The notes beneath the pieces were generated by a model. That model was given only the letters and a program-made list of their open reading frames with translations. It was not told the origin of the DNA and searched no databases. A DNA stretch of 64,000 nt from the NCBI GenBank assembly GCA_048213135.1, contig PS015009.1, positions 2,046,001-2,110,000 on the forward strand. The letters run 5' to 3'. Positions 51,073-59,507 of this stretch are shown here, in pieces (position 1 is the stretch's first letter; each line of letters starts with the position of its first letter). The translations under genes and the position numbers were made by a program. This stretch comes from Reclinomonas americana ATCC 50394 (Eukaryota).

Positions 51073-51477
51073 CTATTGACCATTGCGGGCAGATACAAGA
51101 AACTGCTTGGCCTCAGGAGAAAGTTTGGTGGAATATATATTATTGCCCAACACGAAAAAGAAGTGCATACACTGAGCGTCATTCATCCTGAAATCAACAT
51201 CCTGCAATACCATTCCTTTTTTAAAAAAATGGATGGACCCGTCGAAGCCGCACTGGACGTCCTTTACACGGCCCGATTCCAGGTAACCGGATAAAGCCTT
51301 TACCCGTGCCGCATCCCTGATGATGACCACTTTCGTAACGGTATCCATCGTTCCATCACCTTTGAAATAATTAATGGCCACGCTGTCAGCGGCGGATACA
51401 TGTTCTTCTATGCCGGTGGGTTGCTGGCATGAGAAAAGGAAAGAAGACAATAACAGAATAAGGAACAGTCGCATCAT
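51073..51477 (-). CDS. Hypothetical lipoprotein
   Basis: Lipobox LFSC; Cys pair (CGFDG, CMHF). Confidence 0.7.
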   Translation of the reverse strand: MMRLFLILLLSSFLFSCQQPTGIEEHVSAADSVAINYFKGDGTMDTVTKVVIIRDAARVKALSGYLESGRVKDVQCGFDGSIHFFKKGMVLQDVDFRMNDAQCMHFFFVLGNNIYSTKLSPEAKQFLVSARNGQ

Positions 51478-51490
51478 GAAAGTAAAAATA

Positions 51491-51590
51491 CAAAAAAAGC
51501 CACCGATAAGAATAAAGGTGGCACAAGCATGAGAAACTTGCTATTTGCTTAAGAAACTACTTGAAATTATGGTTGCCCGTTCAAACTATA
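51491..51590 (-). ncRNA. Candidate small RNA (about 95 nt)
   Basis: Bounded by a boxed promoter (51593-51648) and the terminator GCCACC-N12-GGTGGC-T7 (51492-51522); no convincing ORF. Confidence 0.45.
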
Positions 51591-51592
51591 CT

Positions 51593-51648
51593 GCAATATA
51601 GAACCAGGCTGTTACTTAATGATTATGGGAAGATTACCGAATCATTAT
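51593..51648 (-). promoter_or_regulatory. Four 11-bp-periodic boxes plus -7-like element
   Basis: Plus-strand CTGTTAC 51609, TGATTAT 51620, AGATTAC 51631, TCATTAT 51642; minus-strand TATATTGC at 51593-51600. Confidence 0.7.
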
Positions 51649-51649
51649 T

Positions 51650-51678
51650 AAAAAAGCAGCCCGGAAAGGGCTGCTTTT
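51650..51678 (-). terminator. Intrinsic terminator of the TonB receptor-lipoprotein operon
   Basis: AAAAAAGCAGCCC-ggaaa-GGGCTGCTTTT. Confidence 0.85.
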
Positions 51679-51700
51679 CAACTTATAGTGAACAGAAATT

Positions 51701-53164
51701 TTAGTACGTGAACTTAGTCCATCCTTTCCACCAGGTAGCATCCGGACCGGCAGGAGCGATACCTCCCCTGAAGGTTGCAGTTTTGTCGAAGAAGGTGTCA
51801 CCTGAGAATTTAGGGTCGTCGAAACCTGCACCAGACAGGATCTTCTGGTTGCCGTTGCTTCCTGCGAACGGAGTTGGATCGGGAGCAGCATAGTTATATG
51901 GCTGGATCAGTTTCGCGTCTGAAGCGTTGGTCAGTACATCATTGTTGTAATAAGAATTGGTAGCCCATGCAGTCAGCGTAGCATCTGAAGTGATAGTAGC
52001 GCCTGCAGTTCCGGAGAACTTGAAATTCACGGTATTGCCGGCCAGTGTTACGTTGCGCAGGCGGAGGCTGCTGTCTTCAATGTTCAGCGCTGTAGAAGAA
52101 CCGGTGGTAGCATCGATCAGGATACCCTGTGGCCAGCCCATGATGATGGAGTTGAACAGGCAGAGAGAAGAGTTCCTCCTGATCTGCGCACCTGCACGGA
52201 ATAAAGTATTGCCCACATTATTGAGGGTTGCCCTTGGACCGATGGCAGTGATGTTACTGAAGATACAGCTTGTTTTAGGTGAAGCAGTAGTACCGCTGGC
52301 GTTGTTGTCGCTTTCGAAAGCTTCTGAAGTAGAGATGTCAGCGATCAGTGAGTCACGGATCACCAGGCCAAACTGAACTTTACCACTGAAACCGTTATCA
52401 GTATCAAAGTCGTCATCCTGTGTTTTGTAAGCGATCAGGTATTTACAGTTTACGTTGCCGCCAAACCATTCGTAGGCGTCATCTTTAGCGTATACTACCT
52501 GAACGTGATCAATGGTGGTACCATTACCAACTGCAGCCATGGTAAGACTGTTGATCTCTTTATCAGGCTGGAAAGCATAACCAGCGTATTCGATACGAAC
52601 ATAACTCAGTTTACCGGAGTTGTCGTTGCTTACCGGAGTTGGCGCTACAGCATCACCGGAACCGGCAAGACCGTCGCCCTGGGCGTTGTCGATACCGCCT
52701 TCCACCTGGTACAGGCCGTTAATGCCGTTGAAGCTGGTGTTGATTGGTGCTTTACCGCAAAGTACAATACCACCCCAATCGCCTGATTGCGGGTTGGGAG
52801 CGGCAGAAGTGAAGATGATAGGATCAGTGGCTGTTCCTTCCGCCATGATCTTGGAACCACGGGTGATGATCAGCGCGGCTACATCGGCACCATTGAATGA
52901 ACCTTTGATCACGGTACCTGGTTCGATGGTCATGGTATGGTTACCCACCATGTATACCAATCCTTTCAGGATATAGGTGTTTTGTTTGCGCAGGATAGTG
53001 TCGGCATTGATACGGCCTTGCAGTGTGATGGTCTGGCCGGTAGAACCGCCGCCACCCGGCACAGTTACAACGATCACTTCTTTTTCTCCGTCTGTTTCTA
53101 TTTTACGGCAACTGCTGATCGCAATAGCAGCAACAGCGGATAAGAATAAAATGTACTTTTTCAT
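51701..53164 (-). CDS. Surface lipoprotein, probable beta-helix, partner of the TonB receptor
   Basis: Lipobox ISSC; 'TIEPGT.IKG', 'A.GT...PIIFTS', 'GDWGG', 'DNSG.L.YVRIEYAG', 'DDAYEWFGG', C-terminal WWKGWT. Confidence 0.8.
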   Translation of the reverse strand: MKKYILFLSAVAAIAISSCRKIETDGEKEVIVVTVPGGGGSTGQTITLQGRINADTILRKQNTYILKGLVYMVGNHTMTIEPGTVIKGSFNGADVAALIITRGSKIMAEGTATDPIIFTSAAPNPQSGDWGGIVLCGKAPINTSFNGINGLYQVEGGIDNAQGDGLAGSGDAVAPTPVSNDNSGKLSYVRIEYAGYAFQPDKEINSLTMAAVGNGTTIDHVQVVYAKDDAYEWFGGNVNCKYLIAYKTQDDDFDTDNGFSGKVQFGLVIRDSLIADISTSEAFESDNNASGTTASPKTSCIFSNITAIGPRATLNNVGNTLFRAGAQIRRNSSLCLFNSIIMGWPQGILIDATTGSSTALNIEDSSLRLRNVTLAGNTVNFKFSGTAGATITSDATLTAWATNSYYNNDVLTNASDAKLIQPYNYAAPDPTPFAGSNGNQKILSGAGFDDPKFSGDTFFDKTATFRGGIAPAGPDATWWKGWTKFTY

Positions 53165-53187
53165 TTCTGGTTGTTTATTTTATAAGT

Positions 53188-55962
53188 TTATAAAGAGTAG
53201 TTAAATGTTATGCTAACGGTGCTGCCGGGTTTGCGTGTAAAGCGATACACATCGGTTCCTTTTTGCAGCCCTTTGTTTTCGTTCACGTTCTGATAGAAGT
53301 ATTGTGTGCGGTTCAGGATGTCGGAATAGTTCAGGCGAACCTCACCTTTGCTTTTCAGCACTTTTTTGGCGAGCTGGAAGTCCAGCAGCGGCCTTGAAGC
53401 TTCGTAGATATCGGGAGAGCCCGCGCCGGCAGAGATATCCCCCACCAGGTAAATACGGTTACCGATCTGGTTGTACAACAGGGTAGCGTTCAGTCCCAGT
53501 TTCTCAATGTCATACAACAGGCCTACGTTGGCAACAAAAGGAGACTGTCCCTGCAGCGGCCTGTTCACATTGAACTTGGAATCTTTTACGCGGCTGTACA
53601 TGTAAGCGCCGTTGGCCTGCAGTGTAAAGTTTTTCAGACCGGCGATGAAATCAAGTTTCTTCCGCATTTCCACTTCCAGTCCGTAAACAGTTGCCTTGTC
53701 GGGGTTCTGGTATGTGAAGGTGCTGGCACCGCCACTGCCTTCGTTGAACAGTTGTTCGATCGGCTTGGAAAAATATTTGTAAAACACACCGGCAGAGAAG
53801 ATTTCACCTGCACGCGGATACAGTTCGTAACGAAGATCGATGTTAGTCACTTTCGTGCGTTGCAGTGTAGGCAGACCCTGTACGGAAGCGTTCAGTTCAA
53901 AGTCGTACAGGTTCAGGAAAGACAGTTCACGCAACTCAGGACGGATAACGGTTTGTGAACCGGATAACCTGATGTTGGTTTTTGCATTCAGTTTATAGGT
54001 AGCGTTGATACCGGGCAGGAAGTCGGTCACTTCACTGTGGGTATGACGCGGGTCATATTTTTTAACACTGCCCACCAGCTGGTCATAGTTCTCTACTCTT
54101 ACACCCCAAACCACGCGAAGGTCTTTGGTGAACTGGTTGTCGAACTGGATGAAACCGGCATTCAGTATGGTGTTGGCCAGGTAACGGAAAGTCCTTCCTT
54201 TAATGGCGTCGAACGCGATCATGTTGTCGTGGCCATTGCCGAAGTTCTGAGGAGCAAAGATCTGGTCGGCAGTCAGCAGGCGCAGGTTAGGATTGTCAAC
54301 GGGCAGGTAGTTGGCAAACAGTTTGGCGTCGTACAGGCGGTCTTTGATCTGCAGCATATAACCACCTTTCACGGTTTGTTTCAGACCCAGCATATTAAAG
54401 TTGTAACTCAGGTCGCCACCGGCGGTATAGATGTAGTCGCTCAGGCTTTGATAGATGCGGCTGCCGCTTTGTTGCGACAGGGAGTTGGCGATTACAGCGC
54501 GGTAAGGATCAGACTCTGTTTCACGGGAATACAGTATCCTGCGCTGGTCGGGAATATAACCGTCGAGTATGTTGAAAGAGCCGTACCATTTCAGTTTGAG
54601 CGGCGCGGTGATGGTATGTTCACCATTGGCCTGTACGGTAAAGAATACGTTTTGTTTGTAAGCCAGTTCAGTACCGGAAAGGTATTTATCGTTACGGCTG
54701 ATATCAACACCGGTTCTTTCTGTAACGGTACTGTTGGTATTTACGTTCACGATCGACTTAATACCGATCTTGTTTTTTGGGTTCAGTTGCAGGCTCAGAC
54801 TTCCGAAAGCGCCGGCTGTTACGTTATCACGGTAACGGTCATCATCAAACATGCTTTCTGTGGTAACAGTAGTGGAGATCTTGTTCAGGTTATTCTCCAG
54901 TTTCAGGTACTGGTTGCTGCGGTTGTAAGAGATGCCGAAGTTACCACCCAGTGTTTTCTTGAATATTTTGGTATTGAAACCACCATTGATCTGTAAAGAA
55001 CTGTTGAGTGACGCGTTGCCTTTGGTGCCGGTCCATTTGTTGGGCATCTGCTTGCCAATGGCTGTCTTTTCGCCGTTGCTCAGGTTATCGAATTCCGATT
55101 TGGTGGTATAGCTGGTGGGCAGGTTGCGTGATCCGTTGTCGATGCCCAGCCATTGCAGGCTGCCGGCTTTATCGCGGTAGAAATCCTTACCGATGGTCTG
55201 CGTGTTGAAACCTGTGCCCAGTTGAACATTGAGGAAATTTTTTGAAGGGATATCTTTGGTATTTACCTGGATAAGACCACCCGCCCATTCACCGGGATAT
55301 TCCGGAACAAAAGCTTTGTTTACCACGATGTTGTCGATCATGGAAGACGGGATCATATCGAAAGAGAAAGTTTTGCGATCGGGTTCAGTGCTGGTGAGCA
55401 GGATGCCATTCAGCATCGCCTGGTTATAACGATCGGCCAGGCCCCTTACCACAATGAAGCGTCCTTCCTGGATACTGGCGCCGGGAATACGTTTCAGTAC
55501 TTCGCCGGTGTTTTTATCGGGTGAACGGCGGATGGCTTCGGAAGAGATAACGGAAGCCACGGTATTGGTATTTTTCTGGAAAGCGATCAGTGCGGCAGCG
55601 CTTTCTTTTCTTGCATTGGTAGTTGATTTTACTACAATGGCATCGGATGTTTTGGCTTTCACTTCCATGGCTACATCCTGTACGGTAACCTTGCCGCTGG
55701 TAACTTCAATGTCTTCCACTTCTTTGGTTACACCATTATAAGAGAACACCAGTGTTGTTTTGGAACCCGCGTCGGCATTGATGACATAGCGTCCTTCAAC
55801 GTCGGTGGCCACACCCTGGTTGGTATTTTTTACGATTACGGAAACACCGGTCAGCGGTAAGCCGGTTTTAGTGTCGGTGATCTTGCCTTCTATCTTGCCT
55901 TTTTGAGCGCTGGCGGTAAAGGAGAGGGTAAAAAGAACAACGAGTAATGATAACAATCTCAT
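53188..55962 (-). CDS. TonB-dependent receptor with N-terminal carboxypeptidase-regulatory-like domain
   Basis: Plug motif 'VVRGLADRYN', 'NKAFVPEYPGEWAGGLI', barrel strands, C-terminal FNYSL. Confidence 0.93.
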   Translation of the reverse strand: MRLLSLLVVLFTLSFTASAQKGKIEGKITDTKTGLPLTGVSVIVKNTNQGVATDVEGRYVINADAGSKTTLVFSYNGVTKEVEDIEVTSGKVTVQDVAMEVKAKTSDAIVVKSTTNARKESAAALIAFQKNTNTVASVISSEAIRRSPDKNTGEVLKRIPGASIQEGRFIVVRGLADRYNQAMLNGILLTSTEPDRKTFSFDMIPSSMIDNIVVNKAFVPEYPGEWAGGLIQVNTKDIPSKNFLNVQLGTGFNTQTIGKDFYRDKAGSLQWLGIDNGSRNLPTSYTTKSEFDNLSNGEKTAIGKQMPNKWTGTKGNASLNSSLQINGGFNTKIFKKTLGGNFGISYNRSNQYLKLENNLNKISTTVTTESMFDDDRYRDNVTAGAFGSLSLQLNPKNKIGIKSIVNVNTNSTVTERTGVDISRNDKYLSGTELAYKQNVFFTVQANGEHTITAPLKLKWYGSFNILDGYIPDQRRILYSRETESDPYRAVIANSLSQQSGSRIYQSLSDYIYTAGGDLSYNFNMLGLKQTVKGGYMLQIKDRLYDAKLFANYLPVDNPNLRLLTADQIFAPQNFGNGHDNMIAFDAIKGRTFRYLANTILNAGFIQFDNQFTKDLRVVWGVRVENYDQLVGSVKKYDPRHTHSEVTDFLPGINATYKLNAKTNIRLSGSQTVIRPELRELSFLNLYDFELNASVQGLPTLQRTKVTNIDLRYELYPRAGEIFSAGVFYKYFSKPIEQLFNEGSGGASTFTYQNPDKATVYGLEVEMRKKLDFIAGLKNFTLQANGAYMYSRVKDSKFNVNRPLQGQSPFVANVGLLYDIEKLGLNATLLYNQIGNRIYLVGDISAGAGSPDIYEASRPLLDFQLAKKVLKSKGEVRLNYSDILNRTQYFYQNVNENKGLQKGTDVYRFTRKPGSTVSITFNYSL

Positions 55963-55994
55963 GCAATAAAATTTACTGCAAAAAGACGATCATG

Positions 55995-56078
55995 ATGTTA
56001 TGTCAAGATGAACGGAATGTTACCGTAACATTACCTGTATGTTACCGGAATGTTATGGAAATGTTCCCGAAAAGTTAC
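55995..56078 (-). promoter_or_regulatory. Long 11-bp-periodic direct-repeat array (7-8 boxes)
   Basis: Plus-strand ATGTTAT 55995, (AGATGAA 56006), ATGTTAC 56017, ACATTAC 56028, ATGTTAC 56039, ATGTTAT 56050, ATGTTCC 56061, AAGTTAC 56072. Confidence 0.85.
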
Positions 56079-56086
56079 AGGCAGTA

Positions 56087-56196
56087 AGTAGCGGGTATTA
56101 AGTATCGGGTAGCAAGTATAATCTTTCCTCCAGGTTATGACTATGAATATTAATGCAGACTTTGTTTCCTGCTACCTGGTACTTGCTACTCAATAC
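56087..56196. repeat. Inverted pair of heptamer arrays (RGTAKYR class), about 50-bp spacer
   Basis: Left AGTAGCG GGTATTA AGTATCG GGTAGCA AGTAT; right TGCTACC TGGTACT TGCTACT CAATAC; 6 bp from the porin stop. Confidence 0.8.
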
Positions 56197-56202
56197 AAAA
56201 AG

Positions 56203-57525
56203 CTAGAATCTGAACTGGAGCCTGCAGGTAAACACATCATCCCGCACATCTTTCTCATACCCGGGGAGGCTTGTTTTCTCATTAAATACCTTGTCGTACC
56301 ACAGCACGAGCTTCAGGTTCTCCATTACATAATAGGTATAACCCAATCCCAGGGTGCTGTATTTGATATTGGCCGCATTGAGGTTGGCGCCGGGCTTACC
56401 GATGTCTGTTCCTTTGACATTGGAGTTGGCGTCGTACCAGTCGTATTTTACTGCGAGCTGGTGATGGGGGTTGAAGATATTCTGGAGGAGATAAAAATAA
56501 GCGCCGTTGAAATGACGAATGTAGTACCCTTCAGCACCCGCCAGCAGGGCGGCTGGTGGTTCGCTGCTGTTTTCCGTACCGGTTTGTGTGCCGGCGATGA
56601 ATTCGGCCCTCAGTTCGGTAACACCCATACTGTGTTTGATCTTCAGCTGCGCATCGGCGCCGTAATACACACGGGGAGCAATCTTGCCGCTGTTGCTGAG
56701 TGAAGAGTCTACCTGCATTACCGGGATACCACCGGAAGTATGGGTTCTGTACACGTATTTGGTACCCTGCTGCAGGCCCCCGTTGAAATAGGAAGCCGCG
56801 GCACTGAAAGTGAGTTTTTTTGACAGGGGATAAGGTTTCAGCGCCACACGGGTAATAAAATCCTTATGGCTGTCGAAATCGGCAGTGGCGTTAAGCCCCG
56901 GACCATTGAAAATACCGGCATCTATTTTAAGAAAACGGAGCGGGTGGTCTTTCTTCCTGGGTTCAAAACTGGCCATGGCGCCCAGGTCACGTTCCACCTT
57001 CATCAGTATCTGGCTCATACGTCCGCGTTCGGGGCTTTCGCGGTCGCCCGATCCCAGGTTGAGTTCATAACTGAACGGGCGGGCAAAAAGTCCGGCTGTA
57101 AGGGAGAACAGCTGGTATTTGTTCTCCATCACCCTTCCCCAGAAGTCCCGGGTAAAAAAGCCTTTTTCCGAGCCGTCAAACTGGAAAACAAACTGTACCG
57201 ACGGACCTTTATGCTCTGCAAAGTGTATATAATCGATACGTACCCTGCCACGGCGCAGCATAAAACGGTTGTTGACATTAGGGGCAAAATCGCCGCCATT
57301 GAAGCTTTTGGCGCCTTTTTCCTGCGCCGCCTGGAACTGGGGCTGTACGTAGCCGCTCAGCTTTACACGGTCAAACTTTTTATAGATGCCCAGCATACCC
57401 CGCCCGGTAGCGGTACTGGTATCTACCATGTCCATCAAAAATTGTGACTTTGCTGCATGGGAACAGAGGGCCGCCAGCAGCAGCAGGAAGAGGTTTCTTA
57501 GCACAAAAAGCAAATTTTGGCGCAA
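56203..57525 (-). CDS. Porin, OprO/OprP-like (probably phosphate-selective)
   Basis: 'F.LRRGRVR' Arg ladder, PFSYE, PER..M, DF..RV, C-terminal RLQFRF; TTG start is uncertain. Confidence 0.8.
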   Translation of the reverse strand: MRQNLLFVLRNLFLLLLAALCSHAAKSQFLMDMVDTSTATGRGMLGIYKKFDRVKLSGYVQPQFQAAQEKGAKSFNGGDFAPNVNNRFMLRRGRVRIDYIHFAEHKGPSVQFVFQFDGSEKGFFTRDFWGRVMENKYQLFSLTAGLFARPFSYELNLGSGDRESPERGRMSQILMKVERDLGAMASFEPRKKDHPLRFLKIDAGIFNGPGLNATADFDSHKDFITRVALKPYPLSKKLTFSAAASYFNGGLQQGTKYVYRTHTSGGIPVMQVDSSLSNSGKIAPRVYYGADAQLKIKHSMGVTELRAEFIAGTQTGTENSSEPPAALLAGAEGYYIRHFNGAYFYLLQNIFNPHHQLAVKYDWYDANSNVKGTDIGKPGANLNAANIKYSTLGLGYTYYVMENLKLVLWYDKVFNEKTSLPGYEKDVRDDVFTCRLQFRF

Positions 57526-57540
57526 AGGAATAACAATTTA

Positions 57541-57569
57541 ATATTACCTCTGTGTTAATAAATTATTAC
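57541..57569 (-). promoter_or_regulatory. Three 11-bp-periodic boxes between the porin and DUF47
   Basis: Plus-strand ATATTAC 57541, GTGTTAA 57552, TTATTAC 57563. Confidence 0.65.
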
Positions 57570-57630
57570 CAATTGCAAAGCTGGCTGTTCACGGCCCTAT
57601 AATTCTATTTTTGCCCCAAAATTTTGAATT

Positions 57631-58278
57631 ATGGCAATTAACTCGATCCTGAAGATATTTCTTCCTAAAGACAGGGTCTTTTTCCAGCTGTTTGAAGATG
57701 TGGCCAAGGTACTGGTCCAAATGGGTGAAAAACTGCATGATGTGGTAAATGAACCCGATTTTGAAAAAAGGGCCAAACTGATTAAGGACCTGGAAGACCT
57801 GGAACACGTAAATGACGACCATACCCACAAAATATTTACTGAGCTGGGCAAGAACTTCATCACTCCTTTCGACAGGGAAGACATTCACTACCTGGCCAGC
57901 GCGCTTGACGATATCGCGGATTACATTTATGCCTCCGCTAAAAAGATCAACTTCTATAAAGTGAACCCGGCAGATACCGGCATCCAGAAGATGGCCGACA
58001 TCATCGCTGAAGGTTGTGTGGCGGTGAACAGGGCCGTAGTGGAACTGCGCAATATGAAGAATATGCGCCAGATCACCGACGCGCTGGTGGCGATCAACAG
58101 CATCGAGAACCAGGGCGACGATATTTTTGACATGAGCATCGAACGTCTTTTTGACACCGAACCCGACGCTAAGGAAGTGATCAAGAAAAGGGAAATATAC
58201 CAGGTGATGGAGATCGTTACCGACAAATGTGAAGACGCAGCCAATGTGATCGAATCGATCATCGTGAAATACGCTTAA
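57631..58278 (+). CDS. DUF47 / PhoU-like phosphate transport regulator
   Basis: 'LEH..D', FITPFDREDI..LA..LDD, EN.GD, TDKCEDAA. Confidence 0.93.
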   Translation: MAINSILKIFLPKDRVFFQLFEDVAKVLVQMGEKLHDVVNEPDFEKRAKLIKDLEDLEHVNDDHTHKIFTELGKNFITPFDREDIHYLASALDDIADYIYASAKKINFYKVNPADTGIQKMADIIAEGCVAVNRAVVELRNMKNMRQITDALVAINSIENQGDDIFDMSIERLFDTEPDAKEVIKKREIYQVMEIVTDKCEDAANVIESIIVKYA

Positions 58279-58299
58279 CCCTGATCAGCCCCCTTAACT

Positions 58300-59439
58300 A
58301 TGTCTACAATTCTCATCGTTATTATCATACTTGCCATTGCATTCGATTATATCAATGGCTTTCACGATGCGGCCAATTCTATCGCTACCATCGTTTCTAC
58401 CAAGGTACTCACACCATTCCAGGCAGTAATATGGGCGGCCTTCTTCAATTTCGTCGCCTTCTTCATTTTCAGTGACCACGCGGTTGCCAATACCGTTGCC
58501 AAAACCGTTCGGCCCGATATTGTTTCAGGCACATCCGGTATGGTCATTATCCTTGCAGGTCTTATCGCCGCCATTTTCTGGAATCTGCTCACCTGGTGGT
58601 ATGGAATTCCTTCCTCCTCGTCGCATACCCTTATTGGCGGTTTTGCCGGAGCGGCTATTGCGCATGCGGGTTTCAGCAGTATCGACGGTGCCATGATCCT
58701 TAAAACGGTCATCTTCATTTTGCTGGCGCCGCTTATCGGTATGCTTATTTCCATTTTCATTACCATTATTACCATACAAAAGAATTTCTGGCTCAAGATC
58801 GCCATCATCGCGGTGGTCGTGTCGGCCTGCGTTCTTTTCGTGCCTTTCAAAAAAGAATTTGAAAGATGGGCGCTGCTGGGACTGGGTATCATTTTCGTAG
58901 CTACTTATTTTTATAATTATCTCAGGGGTGAAACGGCCCATCGTACCACCAACATGTATAAAAAACTGCAGCTGGTATCATCCGCGGCATTCAGTGTAGG
59001 ACATGGCGGCGCCGATGCGCAGAAAGTAATGGGTATCATTACCGCGGCGCTGATCGCCGGTGGACAGATCGACAAGTTCAGCGATATGCCCGACTGGGTA
59101 CCGCTGGCCTGCTACACGGCTATTGGCCTGGGTACCATGAGCGGCGGCTGGAAGATCGTGAAGACCATGGGTACGAAGATCACTAAAGTAACACCGCTGG
59201 AAGGTGTTTGCGCTGAAACGGCGGGTGCTATTACCCTGTTCACCGCGGCTAACCTGGGCGCTCCGGTAAGTACAACGCATACCATCACCGGTTCCATCAT
59301 TGGCGTAGGCGCTACCAAGCGTTTGAGCGCCGTAAGGTGGGGCGTAACCGTGAACCTGGTATGGGCGTGGGTGCTTACCATACCCGTGAGCGGACTGCTG
59401 GCAGCATTGGTCTACCTGCTGCTCCACGCTATATTGTAA
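58300..59439 (+). CDS. Inorganic phosphate transporter, PiT family
   Basis: NGFHDAANSIAT, GIPSSSSH, GHGGADAQK, PVSTTH. Confidence 0.95.
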   Translation: MSTILIVIIILAIAFDYINGFHDAANSIATIVSTKVLTPFQAVIWAAFFNFVAFFIFSDHAVANTVAKTVRPDIVSGTSGMVIILAGLIAAIFWNLLTWWYGIPSSSSHTLIGGFAGAAIAHAGFSSIDGAMILKTVIFILLAPLIGMLISIFITIITIQKNFWLKIAIIAVVVSACVLFVPFKKEFERWALLGLGIIFVATYFYNYLRGETAHRTTNMYKKLQLVSSAAFSVGHGGADAQKVMGIITAALIAGGQIDKFSDMPDWVPLACYTAIGLGTMSGGWKIVKTMGTKITKVTPLEGVCAETAGAITLFTAANLGAPVSTTHTITGSIIGVGATKRLSAVRWGVTVNLVWAWVLTIPVSGLLAALVYLLLHAIL

Positions 59440-59507
59440 TGTAATTATCCCATCATTTTATACAAGGAATCACTCATCGCATGGGTGATTTTTCTTTTCT
59501 TTGCATC

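Noticed and set aside
55995-56196. CRISPR array
   Set aside because: Repeat periods are 11 and 7 bp with no 25-45 bp unique spacers and no cas genes.
56137-56703. 188-aa plus-strand ORF starting inside the inverted heptamer pair as possible cargo gene
   Set aside because: It runs through the right arm and antisense to the porin, with no family motifs.
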